A stretch of DNA of 64,000 bases, from the NCBI GenBank assembly GCA_026770705.1, contig JANJGN010000041.1, forward strand, positions 1,736,001 to 1,800,000, read 5' to 3'. Shown in pieces: positions 26,736 to 40,760 of the stretch. The notes under the pieces were generated by a model. That model was given only the letters and a program-made list of their open reading frames with translations, was not told where the DNA came from and made no database searches. Within the stretch, counting starts at the first letter, position 1. Each line of letters begins with the position of its first letter. This stretch comes from Isurus oxyrinchus. Its lineage: Eukaryota. Both the position numbers and the translations under genes were made by a program.

Positions 26736-27124
26736 CTGAATTTTTAATGCTTTTTCTCCCTGAACATTAATTTTGCAGAGGAGCCTCAACACTTTGAATA
26801 TGGAATCGTTTAATCAGTCATATTAAAGGAAAGCAAAAAGGAAAGAATATGTTTCAAGTTAAAAGATTTGAATTAAATTCTTGCCAAAGATCACAACCTG
26901 ATTATGTGTTCATGAGCACGTGTGAATTTTACCATAGATACAAATTCAACCAAAGGGGGAATGGGGGGTGTTTTAATGTTCCACAGTGTGAATTGGAACT
27001 GTGATGCAGCTGATCCTCCGTTGGAGTTATCTTGGGTCAGACACGTCTTAAAGCGTTTAAAGATGTTAGGTTTGGCTCCTGATAAAGTTGTCAAAGCAGC
27101 TAAATCATTTTTAATGAAGTTGTC

Positions 27125-29510
27125 TCCGGTCCACAACCAAACACCTCCACCACAAAACACGCTGTGGAGTTAATCATGTTGTGCTCATAGCTACTTCCGT
27201 TTTAGTTAATGATATAACCTTATGATTACCAGAATTATATTGGCCGTTATTAGATTTCAATTTTCCAAGTTTACAGACGTGAGTGAACATATCAACCCAT
27301 TGAAGTGTGGGTCATAGGCACGATGAATTGCTTGCGTTTTTTAACAAAGATGATTATTCATTAAAGCGCCGTGTGAACCCAAGAGATTTTTTTGAATTAA
27401 AGACAGAGAATAAGGTAATTGTGCTCCAGAGGACTGGCCTTACCAGTTCACGCTGCTTGTTACAACTAGATAACTTTCGAGAAAGACTGCTTGAGAACGG
27501 GACTTCTGAGCAAACTCACCGACCAATGAAGATCGGATTTCTCAAAACCAGTTTTGAATACCACCAAGCTTCAGCACAGTTGTTTCTGAAACCAGAATTC
27601 ATAAAATAAATTAGACATGAGCTTATATTTCCCGTTTTCAAAGGGAGACTTAACTGACTTTTAAGGAGATTTACAAACTTTCAAAAGAAGAACGCTAATC
27701 GGAAAACAGTTCAGGCGGCTCCTTGGAACAAAAAACAAGTTTCTTTCTAGGAAGGAATATATTGAACAATGAATTCAAAATTTGGGCAACATTAAAAATC
27801 GGACACAGGCTAACAAGTTACTTTTGTGAAAACAAAATTATATTTGAAGGAAGAACAAACAGGGCAAAACATGCTAACACCTGCAGTCAAGCATTTGATT
27901 CAAATTTGAAAGATATTATCAAAATATTTTCCTTTTGAGCGCATTCGATCATCACTCCTTGCTAATGGCGTTGCAAGTTGAAAACGAAATGCAGAACAAT
28001 CATCAGAAATTCAGTCAAACCTTCTCTGTAAGGCTTCAAGGCCATCCTGCCACCAGTGCATGACTCGTGGTGCAAACTGCACAATGCAGGTCTCTGTCTG
28101 GAAGTTAGAGCACATGAGAAATGGCTGCGGTCGCCAAGACCCATTCTGAAGATTATCAGATGCTATCATCATTCCATTACAAGCCAAGAAGCAGTTATGC
28201 AATGATATCCAGAGGTCTTCTGAATCCAGCCTTCTTGTTATTGTGCTGACAATACTGCCTTTTCCGGTGCACATTAACAACGTAAGCATTAACCGAGCCC
28301 TCCAGTTGCTTTCCCTTCGTAGTGTGAGAAACATCAAATTCCATCACTTTCAGAATTTCAGCCTTTGCTTCAGTCCCTCCCTCCGTTCCTGCCTCCACAA
28401 ACTCTTGTTGTTCTGAAACGTAATCTTTCTGTTTCGAAGTTGATATTTAAATCGGTTTGTGAGCTGACCTCGAGTTACACTTCCCACGTTCCCGGTTTGG
28501 AACTCATGAACTGGAGTGGTCATGTAACCTGGCTCCCCTCACTTTGCCCTACAAAATCTTCCCAGGTCTCATGAACGAGATGAGGTGTTCACTATTGTAA
28601 CTGTATGGCGATTCGTGGAAATGATTGAGGGTAAGATCTAGAATTAGGGTAAATAGGCACAACATCAAATGGGAATTGGAAGAACCCACCTCGGGTGTCG
28701 TTCATGTAATTTATCAATTTGGTGACCATGTATGTTCTAATGATTGTAAAGAGTAGATGAGGGGAATAAAGGTAGATTTTTTATTTCTCTTTTGTATATG
28801 TGTTTTTCTTTGCCTACGAAATCTTTATGAGAATTGAATTCGAGGCATTGGGACTGTTGGGGAGCAGAAAAGCAAAGAGCTTGAAATAACGACCGCATTT
28901 TATCCTCTTGGAAGTTAACTGGAAAAACAGGATGAATTATCTATTGGCACATCCTTTTAAATATAATAAAATCACGTATTGAAGTTGATTGGCAGAAACC
29001 TGTATCCCCTGATTCAGACCTCCAGCCTACAGTAAGATGGGAATTTTGGAGATGAATTTAATTATGTATCCGTTGATCCAGATCTTCAGCCTACAGTAAC
29101 AATTATATCTTAGAGATAAACTTAAACCCTATATACACTGATACAGATCTCCAGTCTGCAGGGACAGGGATGTGTTTGATGAGGATTTGAATCTTGTCTC
29201 CACTTTTCCAGATCTCCATCTTGGGGTTCCTGGGATGTTGTGGAGTTGAAAGTGAATAATGTAACTACTGATCCAGATTTCCAGTCTGGAGTAACCAGCC
29301 ACGGTTGCAGATGGGCATGCAGTTAGTGCTACATGGGATGTTGCGAGAAGGTTCTGAACTCTGTATTCATTTCTCCACATCATCAGTCTGCAGTCATTGC
29401 CATGTTGCTCAGCTGAATCTGAATCATGTACCCACTGATCCAGATCTTTAGTCTGCAGCTACTATGATGTTATGTAGTTGTAGAAGAATCCGATCTGCAT
29501 TGACTCACTG
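27125..29510. repeat. Copy 2 of the ~2.4 kb duplicated unit (coding-like text continues leftward to ~26890)
   Basis: Colinear with 975-3335. The 65-bp array cores fall at 29015, 29079, 29144, 29209, 29274 and 29441. Confidence 0.9.
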
Positions 29511-29849
29511 TGATATACCACACTTGGGGAACTGTGCACATTTTCCCTGGTTCGGACACACTAGACTTTCCTGGCTCATGGCGTCAATAACCTCCGCCTG
29601 TCTCTTCATCAGGTAGCTGACTGGGATATCCCAGCCTTGGAGGGAAATGCAGACATCGCCATTGTAAGGGCGATGAGAACCGCGTCAAAAAAAATGTTTT
29701 CCTTTCTTTGAGTGCTGCATGAAGGATAGAGTCACTAAAAGTAAACATGTACCATTGTGAGCCCTGTCTGCGTCTCCGACTGCAGCTGACTGTCATTTCC
29801 GTAAGTCACGCTCTGCTGCCTCCTCAAGATGCAGCGCCCGGTGGTCCAG

Positions 29850-30170
29850 TGCTTTCTGCTTCATGTGAATAAAACCTGCTGCAGTGCGCAGTGCTCCTTG
29901 TCCATGCTCATTTCATATTTGCATCACCGCGCACTGACAAGGGAAGGAGATGGAGTTTGGGAAATGTTATGGCCGCATTGACATGCGATTATGCCACAAC
30001 AGATCTGGTCGCAGACACAAACAATTTGCCACCAATGTCCAAGGCTCGTCCAGCACAATCCAGGATATGCCCTGCAACACAAGAAGGGCAGAGGCATCCT
30101 GGGTAACGGCAGAGTGGCAGACAGTCCAGTGGGGCAATATTGCCGAGCTCCCAGCATTTACTGCAGACAC
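29850..30170 (-). mobile_element. Very degenerate Harbinger transposase fragment
   Basis: Minus strand reads LQGI..LDC and QIVCVCDQ...HVNA, resembling Harbinger VQGAIDCTH and VQLVCDH...HVNARYPG. Confidence 0.4.
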
Positions 30171-30899
30171 TATGGTGCCTCAAAGCGCATCAGGGCAAAG
30201 ACAGCAAACGGGGAGAAATAGAAAATACTGTGGATGCTGCTAATCTGAAAAGAAAATCCTTAAAATATTGGAAAATTTCAGCAGATTTGACAGCATCTGG
30301 GCATAAGAAAGAAACTGACAAACATTTAGGGTCTGTGTGACTCTTCCTAAGAGCCTTGCATCAGAGGAAGACTCATAGGGACACAGAAAAGAAAGACTCC
30401 TGCTGCTTCCCAAATGCCATCTACCCTCAGCTGATGGATATTTTATCCTCTGTGCTGAACACCACTTTAAAGGAGTAATGGCAGCGCAGATTTCACTCTG
30501 ATTGTGAGTCCGAGATGTTCCTTACCAGGAATGAATCAGTAGTGGTACGGCTCACGAGTTGGCTGAGTCATGAAGGAGCTGGAATGCGAGGATTCAAGAA
30601 CAGGGTTCCTGCTCACCTTCACGAGGGCAACTTACAGAGGGAAGTAACAATGTGGCCTAACCACATACACCTACTGCCGAATGAATAATAATAGGCCATA
30701 TCTGTCAGGGTTGCTCTGTGCCAGCTGGTGAAAGAAACAGCATCAGGCAAATAAAAAACATGTCGATATTGTCCTCACCAACTATCGCTGTTGCATGTGC
30801 CAAAAGTGGTCTTAGTTGGAGTGATATCCGCACAAAGCTTTTGGAGTTGAAGTGTTGCCTTCACATCAAAGAATCATTCCAGCGTGCTGAAGTCACTCC

Positions 30900-32900
30900 C
30901 ACTCTGTTAGATGTGTTACATTCAGAACGGAGCTAACAGCGCTAAACTGGGCATATGTGAGGCTATGTAGGCCATCAGCAGCAGCAGAATTCTGGCACAA
31001 CCAAAATCACCAATCATGTCCCTGCTTAAACGGGATAAGCCACTGCTTATCCAACTCCATACCTTTCAGCAAAACTTCCCAATCTAAAATAGCCAATCAC
31101 TCCCCCGCCCCCATCCCCGAATTCTTTAACACTCTCTTTGTTCAGATTAAGAGCAGTTTCTCTGATTGGAACATAGTACATTGAAACTTAATGAAACATT
31201 CTACCATATTATGCTCACTCTTTCCTAAGTGCACCTTTACATCAAGTGTATCAATGAGCAATGTTCAGTAGCACAAGGCTAGATCTGAAATAAGACGTTC
31301 AATGTCTGGTTGTTCAACGTTCTGCTCTAGAACACCATCTTGCAAATGTTGTAAGAATTCATTCGCCCAAAACATTAGAAGGAATTAGTTTTACTCACCC
31401 TGTAATTACGGTGAAATCTCCCATAATTAGATTTCTGTGCTTCACACAAGAATCTCCAATGTAATGATATATTCAGAGATGTACATTACCACTGCCGTTT
31501 GGTCGACTGTAAACAACTCACTGCAATGTTTTCTGCCCCCTGCTGTCCCTTAGTTGACCCAAATTGATTCTATATTTTGATATTTCCAACACCAGGCATT
31601 TCGCAGCACTGTACCAATGCCATCTTTGATCAATAGGTTTACTGCAATAACTTTTCCCAGCTCCTTGTCCTTCCAGAATGACACATGCCTTGGATATTAA
31701 GTTCCCAACATTAGTTTGCTTGCAGATACGTCTGTGCAATGTCTAACAGATCAAACATATCAATTTCTATTTGAGAATAAAATTCACGTGTTTTCCTGCG
31801 AATGCTGCAGGCATTCAGAAACAGAGCCCTTAATTCATTGTTTCATTACCATTTTTGCAAACACTGTCCCTGCCTGCTAGCACACTCCTAAACTTGCAAT
31901 GTCTTCTCCTTTCTTCCATTACCTGATTACTTTCGTCTTTAAGCCTTCAGTCATATATTGTCTTGCCATTTCCATTTCATTTATTCCAACTGCCCGAGAT
32001 GATCACTTCACCATTTGGTTATTTAAAAACCATCTCTACTTCCTTTGTACCATATCCCAATCGAACACAGGGCAGGGCACGGTTAAAGTCTAGACTTCCC
32101 TAATGCTAAATTTCCCACAGTCCCAGTTGTAGTGCCAGTGCGACTACATCCGCACCCATTTCTCCTACACTATTTTTGAGACACATATTAATATTCCTAA
32201 TGTTATTCACCTGACACCGTTTTTTACATCACACCAGTCATAGTTATAGATTGTTAACGTTTCTTTTCTGCTGCTTTACCTCGTGCCTATCTCCCCAGAA
32301 TCGCTATGCAGAAATTGTTTCCTAGTTTTTCCAATGTTTTTTGTACTTACATGGACAACGACCCAATAAATCCACTCCCTCCAAGTTGAAGCTTCTCTAC
32401 AGCCTCAGCAGGTGTCGCAAAAGGTACAAACCTGGAGGTAACCCAGCAGCCTGGTCTCGTGGCAGCGAACACAACATGACTAAACAGACGCCTATCACTA
32501 TTATAATCCTCATTGCCCCACCCATTGACAAAACATTGTTCAGCATTGTGTCATAATCATTCCACTTGTCTATCTTGCAGTCCTCCCCATTCACAATGGT
32601 TCCATCACTTCATACCTATTCAAAAGGTCATGGACCGAGGCTCCTTGAAGTCTCGGTTCTGGGTGGCCTTATTCACCAGACATGCACTCACACTCCTGCT
32701 CGTGACCATTGAACAATCTGAAGTTCTCTCTAAGCTAAGGGAAATTACTGCCTTCTGGGGCAAAGTTCCCAAGCAACATTTGCCCCCCATTGACTCCCGA
32801 CAAATGCTTCACAATTTCCGCAGCTCATAATCCAGCTCAATGTATTCAATGTACTCCATCGAAATGTACATACTGCTATAATGGCACACCGCCAGCCTGC
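30900..32900 (-). mobile_element. Decayed CR1 LINE 5' part (ORF1 and endonuclease)
   Basis: Minus strand has IIIVIGVCLV..LCSLPRD...LPPG (ORF1, IGDSIV/CLPGA-like), VVYSRPNG (GVVYRPPN-like) and LIMGDF. Confidence 0.65.
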
Positions 32901-35900
32901 CACTGCTGACAACCTTACTCATTTAATTTGCCAATTAAATAATAATTTACAGAGATACAGAATGTTGTGCTCAGCTATTTTGGAGACGAGGAGGAAAGCT
33001 GTCCAATGACCGGGTGCTGACAAAAGTAGGAAAAGAAACAAGTCTTGACCTCACTTTCGCAAGTACCCATCTGATCCAGAATCCCAACTCCTCACTCAGT
33101 CCACTTCTGTCTCAGATGTAGCCGCGAGTCCATGCCTCCTGTTTGACATGCACTTTGAACAACCCAGTGTTTTTATAAAACATCTATTGAATCCCCAGCT
33201 AGCTCAGCATTCTCTGACGATAGTTAACATTTATTAAGGGGAATTACGTACAGTGCCATGGTGCTGGTGTGATGGCCCAGAAAGAGGACACCGTGCGTAG
33301 GAATCGGACAATATGACCAGATGACGTTTTAATGCTGAGTAATTGGTAGCGGTGTGACTTCTGCACCAGTTCTTCAGCTGGATCTTAAATGTTTGAAGCT
33401 TGTACACTTCTCAATAAAATCTTCAAAAAGGAAACCACGCTGTAACCATGTTGTGTCCTGATTTTCAACGTTAACACACCAAACATAGAAAAAGGATTGG
33501 TAAAATGAATGTTAACATTTTGAAACTTGAAAATACACAGAATTTGGCGAAAGGTAGCCAAGGAAAATTACAGCTGATTAATGTCTAACGCCATCAAACA
33601 ACGGTTGGATCACTTGTGTGCCATGTTAACATCAAGTGAAGATGCACTGAAGGTGTGAAGGACAAAAGGTAGATTTGCTTGAGAAGTATGAAAGCATCAA
33701 CCCTTGCAGATCTGTGCATCTCTAGTCGGTTTCCCTTTGGTCTTCACTGTGGCAACATCTGAATGATTTGAAAAGCGATTTCTGAGCTTAATTTCAGACT
33801 TAGGAATGCTGTGGGTCCGCAGTCAAATGCAGGTTAGACCGGGTTAAGATGGCAGTTCTTCTCCCTAAGTGTTCAAGATGGGCCGTCCATACAGTCCTTG
33901 AATCTCTTGCTGGACGCAACTGATAATGGTTATTTTTAATACAGTAGGATCAGAACAGACGCCCCCTTCCTGCAACCCTGCATTGAGCTTGCCGCTGGTG
34001 ACATACAAAATTTCCCGGCTGCCATCCCCTGGGACAGTCGTGAACTGAGCCGTTTTTTTAGGATCAGTTGGTAAATCAGTCAGTCTGGAGACACTTATGT
34101 TTCCTTTGGAGTTACTGATTACTGGCGGGTACATCCTGCAGCTGCATCTACATCAGTCACTTTGTCTAACACCTCTGCCACAACTGCACAGCCCAATTTT
34201 CCTTCCACTCTGGTCTGCCCTTCGGAAGACCATCCCCCCTCACAACCACATTCCCACAATTCTGTCTCCCCTGCTCCCCACTGTCAACACCTTCTTCCCA
34301 TGACTGCTCTTCCCATTGGTCCCACACTGCATTGGAGCTGCGAGAACTCGATTGGCCGAATGGCCTGCTAGTCCTTACTGTCTCAAACTTTTGTTGGAAT
34401 CAATTGTATTCCAAAGGTGGGCTTTGGCTGCAGTCTAATATCATTTCAGGTATGTGAAAGCGAGATAAAATGCTGGTCGTGTGTGCTCTATGCAGTTCGT
34501 GTGCACAGTGCTCAATACCATTCAACTGAGTTGGAATACATACGGGTCGTGTTCGGACGCTTATGGGTATGTTAAATATTTGCTGGGGGGGAAAGGATAG
34601 ACCAACGGCCACTTACCATCCAGCCTGATAGTTTGGCACAAGTGCGGGAGGATGGGAAAATAATGAATCATCACAAGATAAGATCCAACAGCCCATTGCT
34701 GGTCAGTCTGGAGAAAACAAAAGCTGTCCATTGCCAAACGTCCACAAAATTAAGCGCTAATTTCACTTGATAAACACTGAAGGGTGCGCTTCAGTGTGAC
34801 GTTTCAAACGGGCCCTGAAAGGTTTTTTTTTTCAAATTTTTGTTCCCAGTTGGCAATTAAATTAATTTAAAATTGTTGATTGAGGTTAACACGGAAACAG
34901 CTGGGCTCAGTTTCACCCAATTCCAGATTGAGCACATTATTCTTCTCGCATTACCTGTGGGCACCTTGCACGATCTCTGGGTCTTGTAGACTGTCAGGCA
35001 TACAGTGTCACCCTGCCCTGAGACCCTGCTGCAAAGGGTGAGGGAGCACAGATTGTTATAACAGCTCACAGGACATTTGAATGGCGATATAAAAGAGGAA
35101 GAAAGATTCTCACTTCAGCAATGGTGAATGAGGCCATTTCACCCTCCTGTCGCTTTCTCCCTAAAACAGATCATGCTTCCTACCCTCCATTTGTTCTCTA
35201 ATGGGACACCTAGCAAGATGCCAATAACCAAGAGCTCCCCTCCCTGCGTGAAACATAGGAGGTACCAGTATGAACAAGGAGCACAGGACTCACTATTTTT
35301 AGTTGATATCTGTAGGAGGCACTGTCTTAAACTACCTGACCCACAATGTTGCCTCAGGCAAAACGAGACTTAACGTCGATTTTTGCTTAAGATGAACTAC
35401 GACTCGGGGTGTGCATCGTCATGAACAAAACGCACTGAACGAATTGTATTAATTAGTCACTGGTGAAAACCACTAACACTCTCGCTTGCAGCCCTGCACA
35501 CCAGCATTCACACACGAATCGACTGTGCTGTGTGTTGGAAAACATGCGAAAGAAATAGAGATACAAGGAGGAAGACTGGAAAGGCTGGATGAACAGAGTG
35601 GGGCCCTCATATCAAAATAGGTACGATTATGAAAGATTTATTTTAACATACTGGATGCAGAGCAAAGATTTGCTCTAACGACAATGCTTATAAAACGAGG
35701 TCTTAAATAAGAAACAATTGCCAAGAGAACTCACAGGGAATTCAAGAATACTTATTTCCACAGAGAAAGATGAGAATGTGGGAGTCATTACCAAATGGAG
35801 TGCTCTGTTGTATACATTAGCTCTATTTAAGTGGAAGCTATGCAGTCATATTCCAGGGACTGAAATAGACGGACACCCTAACTAGTTATGATTTGAATGG

Positions 35901-36429
35901 TCAGGCTCTTTCGGTCGGGCGTCTAACTTTTCAGGGGTCTCTGCTTAAGGGGACGTGGTGGAGGGGAGTGAAGGCACCATTTCACCCTGCTGCTCTTCTC
36001 TGCAGCTACAGCTCGTGTTGTTTGGCCTCACCCCATTTTCCCATTCACCAGAAAGAACAACGAGTAATCTCCGCAGCCCCCGTCCCCCACTCAAGCAGGA
36101 TGCCCCTGTCTAGCAATTTCCTTTACCCCCTGTCCAACATAATCCGTTATTTTAGAATTGCCTCTGCCTTGGGTGATGTGTTTTTGAGACAGTGGCTTCA
36201 TCACTGATAGAAAGGGACTGTGTGTCCCGCTAAATTACCATTCCGTTTCAAAGTTAAGCCTTGTCTACAGTGCAGCATCATCAGCGTTACACCACCCATC
36301 CAGTTTGAGTTCTACCAAACTACGTGATCTCTCCCCACGAGGACATTGCTCCCAGTTCTCTGCGAAGCCATCAATTCGGTTTGGATGGTGCCTCCTGCCC
36401 AGGCCTTCTTCAACACATTCATGATATGG

Positions 36430-37780
36430 ACCAATAACTCCTCAAGTGAGTGGTTTGATTTTATTCATTCATGGGTTGGAAAGCTCGCTGGCTGGGGGAA
36501 ATGTATTGCCCATCCCAAGTTGCCATTGTGAAGGTGGTGATGAGCTGCCTTTTGAACGGTTGCAGTGTCTGTCGTATACCTACAACAACAGGGCTGTTAG
36601 GAGGTGTTGCGGGGTGGTGTTGGTCGTACCAAAGGATACTGGCCCAGCGACAGTTAAGTAACACTGATGCATTTCCAAAATGGATGGACGTGTCTTGGGG
36701 AGGGGATTGAAGATTGTTTTGCTGCCATCTATCTCCTTACCTTCTTCAAGGTGCAATTGCCGTAAGCTGGAAGGTGCAGTCGAAGGAGTCGTGTTTTTTT
36801 CCTTGCAGTGCATTTTATAGACGGTATGCACTGCTGCTTTTGTGCATCGGTGAAGGAGGGAGTGAATGATTGGTTTAGCATCATAATCAAGCGGAATGCT
36901 TTTCCTGGATGGTGACGAAATTCTGTACTGTTTTGGAGCTGTGCTCATCCTTAAAAATGGAGAGTATTCCGTCAAACTTCCGACTTGTGCCTGATAGGCA
37001 GTGGACAGCCTTTGGGGAGTAAGGAAGTGTGTAACTCCTCTGTCAATTCTTGGCAGCTGAACTGCTTTTTTAGCCACGTTACCTAGGTGACTAGTCTAGA
37101 TCAGTTTCTGGTAAATGGCGACCTCCTGAAAGTAGATAGTGGGGGGATTCAGTGAGGGGGATGCCATTGATTGCCTAGGGGCAATGGTTAGATTGTCTCT
37201 TGATGGAGATGGTCATTGTCTGGCACTTTTCTGGCTTGATTGTTACTTGCAACTTTTCCGCAACGTGCTGGATATTTTCGAGGGCCTGTATTTCTTTTTC
37301 CTGACACGTTGTTTCTCAGTACCAACCATCCCAGCCTCACACCATGCCCACCACCAGCCTCCTCGGAGGATGAGATGTGCTATGTTATTCATAATCAGTT
37401 CGGCAGGAACTTAATACCCTGCATGGCCGGAGGGGCCACAACATCCTGACCAGGTCATGCTGCATTTGAACCTGGGCTGCTTCATTTTCTGAGGAATCAC
37501 GAATGCTCCTGAACATTGTGCAAACGTCAGTGAACATCCCCACTTCCGACCAGATGATAGATGGACACACATTTATGAAGCAACTGACGCCGTTTGGCAC
37601 TCGGGAATTACCCTGAGGAAATCCTAAAGAGTATTGTCTTCCTTTGCACCTAAGGCGAGTTACCAAACGTCAACAATTTTATTCCGGCTCATTGAGGCCA
37701 CCCACGGTCAAATGCTGCCTTTCTGTCAACGGCTGTCACTCTCCTCTCGCCTCAGGAAATAGAGCTTTTCTTCAGTTTGT
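36430..37780 (-). mobile_element. Non-LTR LINE RT fragment plus 3' tail (CR1/L2-group, Zenon-like)
   Basis: CFINVCPSIIWSEVGMFTDVCTMF (FINDL...FADD) and LSTAYQAQVGSLTEYSP (YKAQVR..MEYSP). Same family as 62575-63500. Confidence 0.75.
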
Positions 37781-38999
37781 ATTCATACTGTGTTTTATAA
37801 TGATTAACCAAAACATCTCGAAAGGTTATATTTAATTCAATATGACTTGTGGCTGTTGTGGAAGTGCACACCAGGCCTGAAGAGATCATGGAGAGATAAA
37901 GAATGTTCTTGGCTCTTACCTTGCGGTGCTGGTAATGGTGAAAAACCCTGAATGTCATCTCTATGGAGCGTGCAATGACACAGATATTCTGTTGAGCTCA
38001 CCTAAGGGAAAAGGCCAGAAGTTGTAACATGTCCAAGTCAAATCTCCACCGAAACCTTTGGATCAAGATGTATAGCTGACTGCTCAGCACTTATGTACAA
38101 TCATAATTTGTTTTATTGTGGCTGGTTCGTATCATGTTGAGTGGCTGCTCAGTAGAACAGACCTTTAAACGATCACTCTGCCAACATCTCTGCTTGTCGC
38201 AAACCCCTTCCATCCTGCACTCAGACAACATTAGCTCTTCTCCCCCATGTCTCACCACCTTACCGTCAATCAGTCACCCATTACAACTCGTCACCCAAAC
38301 TCCCACGGCACACTAGCACCTGGTAACACTCCCCTTCAAACCATCAACACTAATTTCCCCATTCCCAATGATGCCTCATCGCATGCAATTTTCCTCCATC
38401 AACCCTGCTACTCTTCTGTCCACACTGCTATTCCAAGGCTGCCTGCCATCAGGCCTGGATATCCCTATCAACCCATATCTTCTTCGTTACAAATTTCACC
38501 TCAATAGCCTCAGCTTCCCCCATCAACATTAGCTCCTCACCTCTCACTTCTCCAACATCCCTGCTTACCCCATAACCTCCGATTTCCACCCTCAAACCGT
38601 CTTTTCTACTCCAATAACTTCCATTTAATTGTCCTGGCCTTCGAGCATATCAACAACCGTCTGGTCAATAAGGTAGAATGATTCCGAAATGTTCAGTAAG
38701 TCCTTACGCAACTTGTAAGTTTTGTATTGTACATTTCTCTTTCACTCAGCTAACAAAGTGATGATTGTGTCACTTTTGCAGATAGTGTGGTCTCTCCAAA
38801 TGTGACACTCGGCAGATGCTGACTATGGCAGAGCAAAACTGGTTTCCTCAGCCTGATATTTCGACTCTTTCTGATAGTTTTAGGAAAAGAGTTTTGTTTC
38901 TTCAACTCCACCCCCGTGCGTAATGCCAACACTATCAGAAACTGACTGTTCTCCCTGGTTCACAGTCACTCACACCATTGAAATCTCTGTAGCCATTTT

Positions 39000-39950
39000 T
39001 TAGCAAAATCTGAAGAGTAAGTATGGTGTTGGCGGAACAGCGGCTGAGCTTCGGGTAATAGTGACCGTTTTGGTATGTTTAAGGAAAATTTCCTGATATT
39101 TTTTGTAAGCCAATGAGTATTGGCTGACGATAAAAGTCCATTCTGTTATGTGACAATAAATGACCTGCATTCTCAGTTTTGGAGAAAAATCGAGTTCCTT
39201 GATCACATTCTAACGCCGGAGAGGCTATTTGCCCCGCTTCTGCTGTTGAATGGTTTCACTGTCAGGCACAGGTTAATGACCAGCAGAAATTGCAAGACAT
39301 TCCTGTTAATTAGAAACATGGAAGATCGAAGGGAACCCAACAATTTGCTTTTGTCCTCTCAACCAATTGCATCAAGTTATGGTCAAAGTTTATGGTTTAC
39401 TCATTGTGGTGGCAGATGTTGGATATGTTGTCCAGTTTGATGCATCCAGAAACCTTGCACAATGGTTTAATTCATTCTGCAGCTCCTGAGTTGATTCACA
39501 ATCATTTGTGTTTGTACTATGACTCAGAATATGTTGCGATTGCATTTGGAGAACGTGCTCGGATATTAAAATAACTGAAACACTGTTCGTGTGCAGCATT
39601 GTCCACTGCTCCTTCAGGTTTTCAGCGTCTGGAGGGGCTTGCCAGAAAGGCAAATGAAAAATCTTGGGGCTTGTCGCTAATGATAACATTGTCTGTTGAA
39701 CAATTGACTTTTACAACATGAAGTTTCCTCGCTCTGATTAGACATCATAGTACCAAGAATAACAGAACTCACATTGGGCAATCCACTGGTCCACTTTTCT
39801 TCTCCTTCACAACCATCTGCAAGGGCCCCTCCCAGCAGCATCACCCACATAACCCAGCACCCCCACCCACCACCCCTAAACTTCATTTGGCCAGCCCATT
39901 TGTCCATCATAACGCATTCCACAATTGTCCCTTGCAGATGTTGCACCTAT
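39000..39950 (-). mobile_element. Degenerate Harbinger transposase remnant
   Basis: Minus-strand fragments GAVD.., HSTNTQMIVN..., ARFLDA (ARFPG-like) and ITEWTF, in the expected DDE order. Confidence 0.5.
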
Positions 39951-40079
39951 TTTGTGGAATGATGAGGTGAGTTACAAAGTGTTGCCAGACCCCGGCCTGT
40001 TCTTTTTTTAGCAAAATTATTAATCGATTTACTGAAGAACATGAAAAATATGTGTCACAGTGATGTTGCCAAAAGGGAC

Positions 40080-40760
40080 ATTGTCTTTGTTCAATAACTC
40101 TACGAGCCTCCACGCATCTTGACTCATCCATGTCCACCATTGTTACCCTCCATGTCACTCTCTCTCAGCTGCTTTCCTGGTTTGGCCTTGAAGAGATTCA
40201 TTATGTTCACCTGAACCATCCCATCTCGTAGCGAGTTCCACATTCTCACCAATCTCTGGACATGAGGTCTCTCCTGAATTCCCGATTGGATAATTTGCTG
40301 ATTGTCATACATTCATGACCATATAGTTGCGTCCCTCCCCATAAGATGAAACATTCTCTCTGTATCCAATCACTCAAAAAGCCTGCTTTTAAACTCCTCT
40401 ATTGTGCCATCCCGGAGACTTGTTTACAATTTTCCAGAGAGAAGAGTCACAGCCTGAAAAGTCCTCCTGATATGTGTACCCGCACATTCCTGCATCATCC
40501 TTATCAGTCCTGTCTGCACTAGTGCCTCTATATGGCTTTTATAACCATGCATGTTGACCATGAGTGTAATTGCCTAACTTTGGTCAACCAAAGTTTTAAT
40601 CGGGTACAGCATATCCTTCTGACTTTTGAATTCTATCCCCTAAGGCATGAAGCCAAGTGTGTGGTTTGGAATTTTTAACGCCCGGTTAACATATAGGTCT
40701 ACTTTCAATGGTGGAGTTATTTTTACTCACAAATCGCTAAGTACCTCTTCCCCTTCGAGA
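40080..40760 (-). mobile_element. CR1 LINE 3' region fragment
   Basis: Minus ORF ...VQRLVRMWNSLRDGMVQVNIMNLFKAKPGK (CR1 C-terminal RVV..WNSL...F K motif). Confidence 0.7.
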
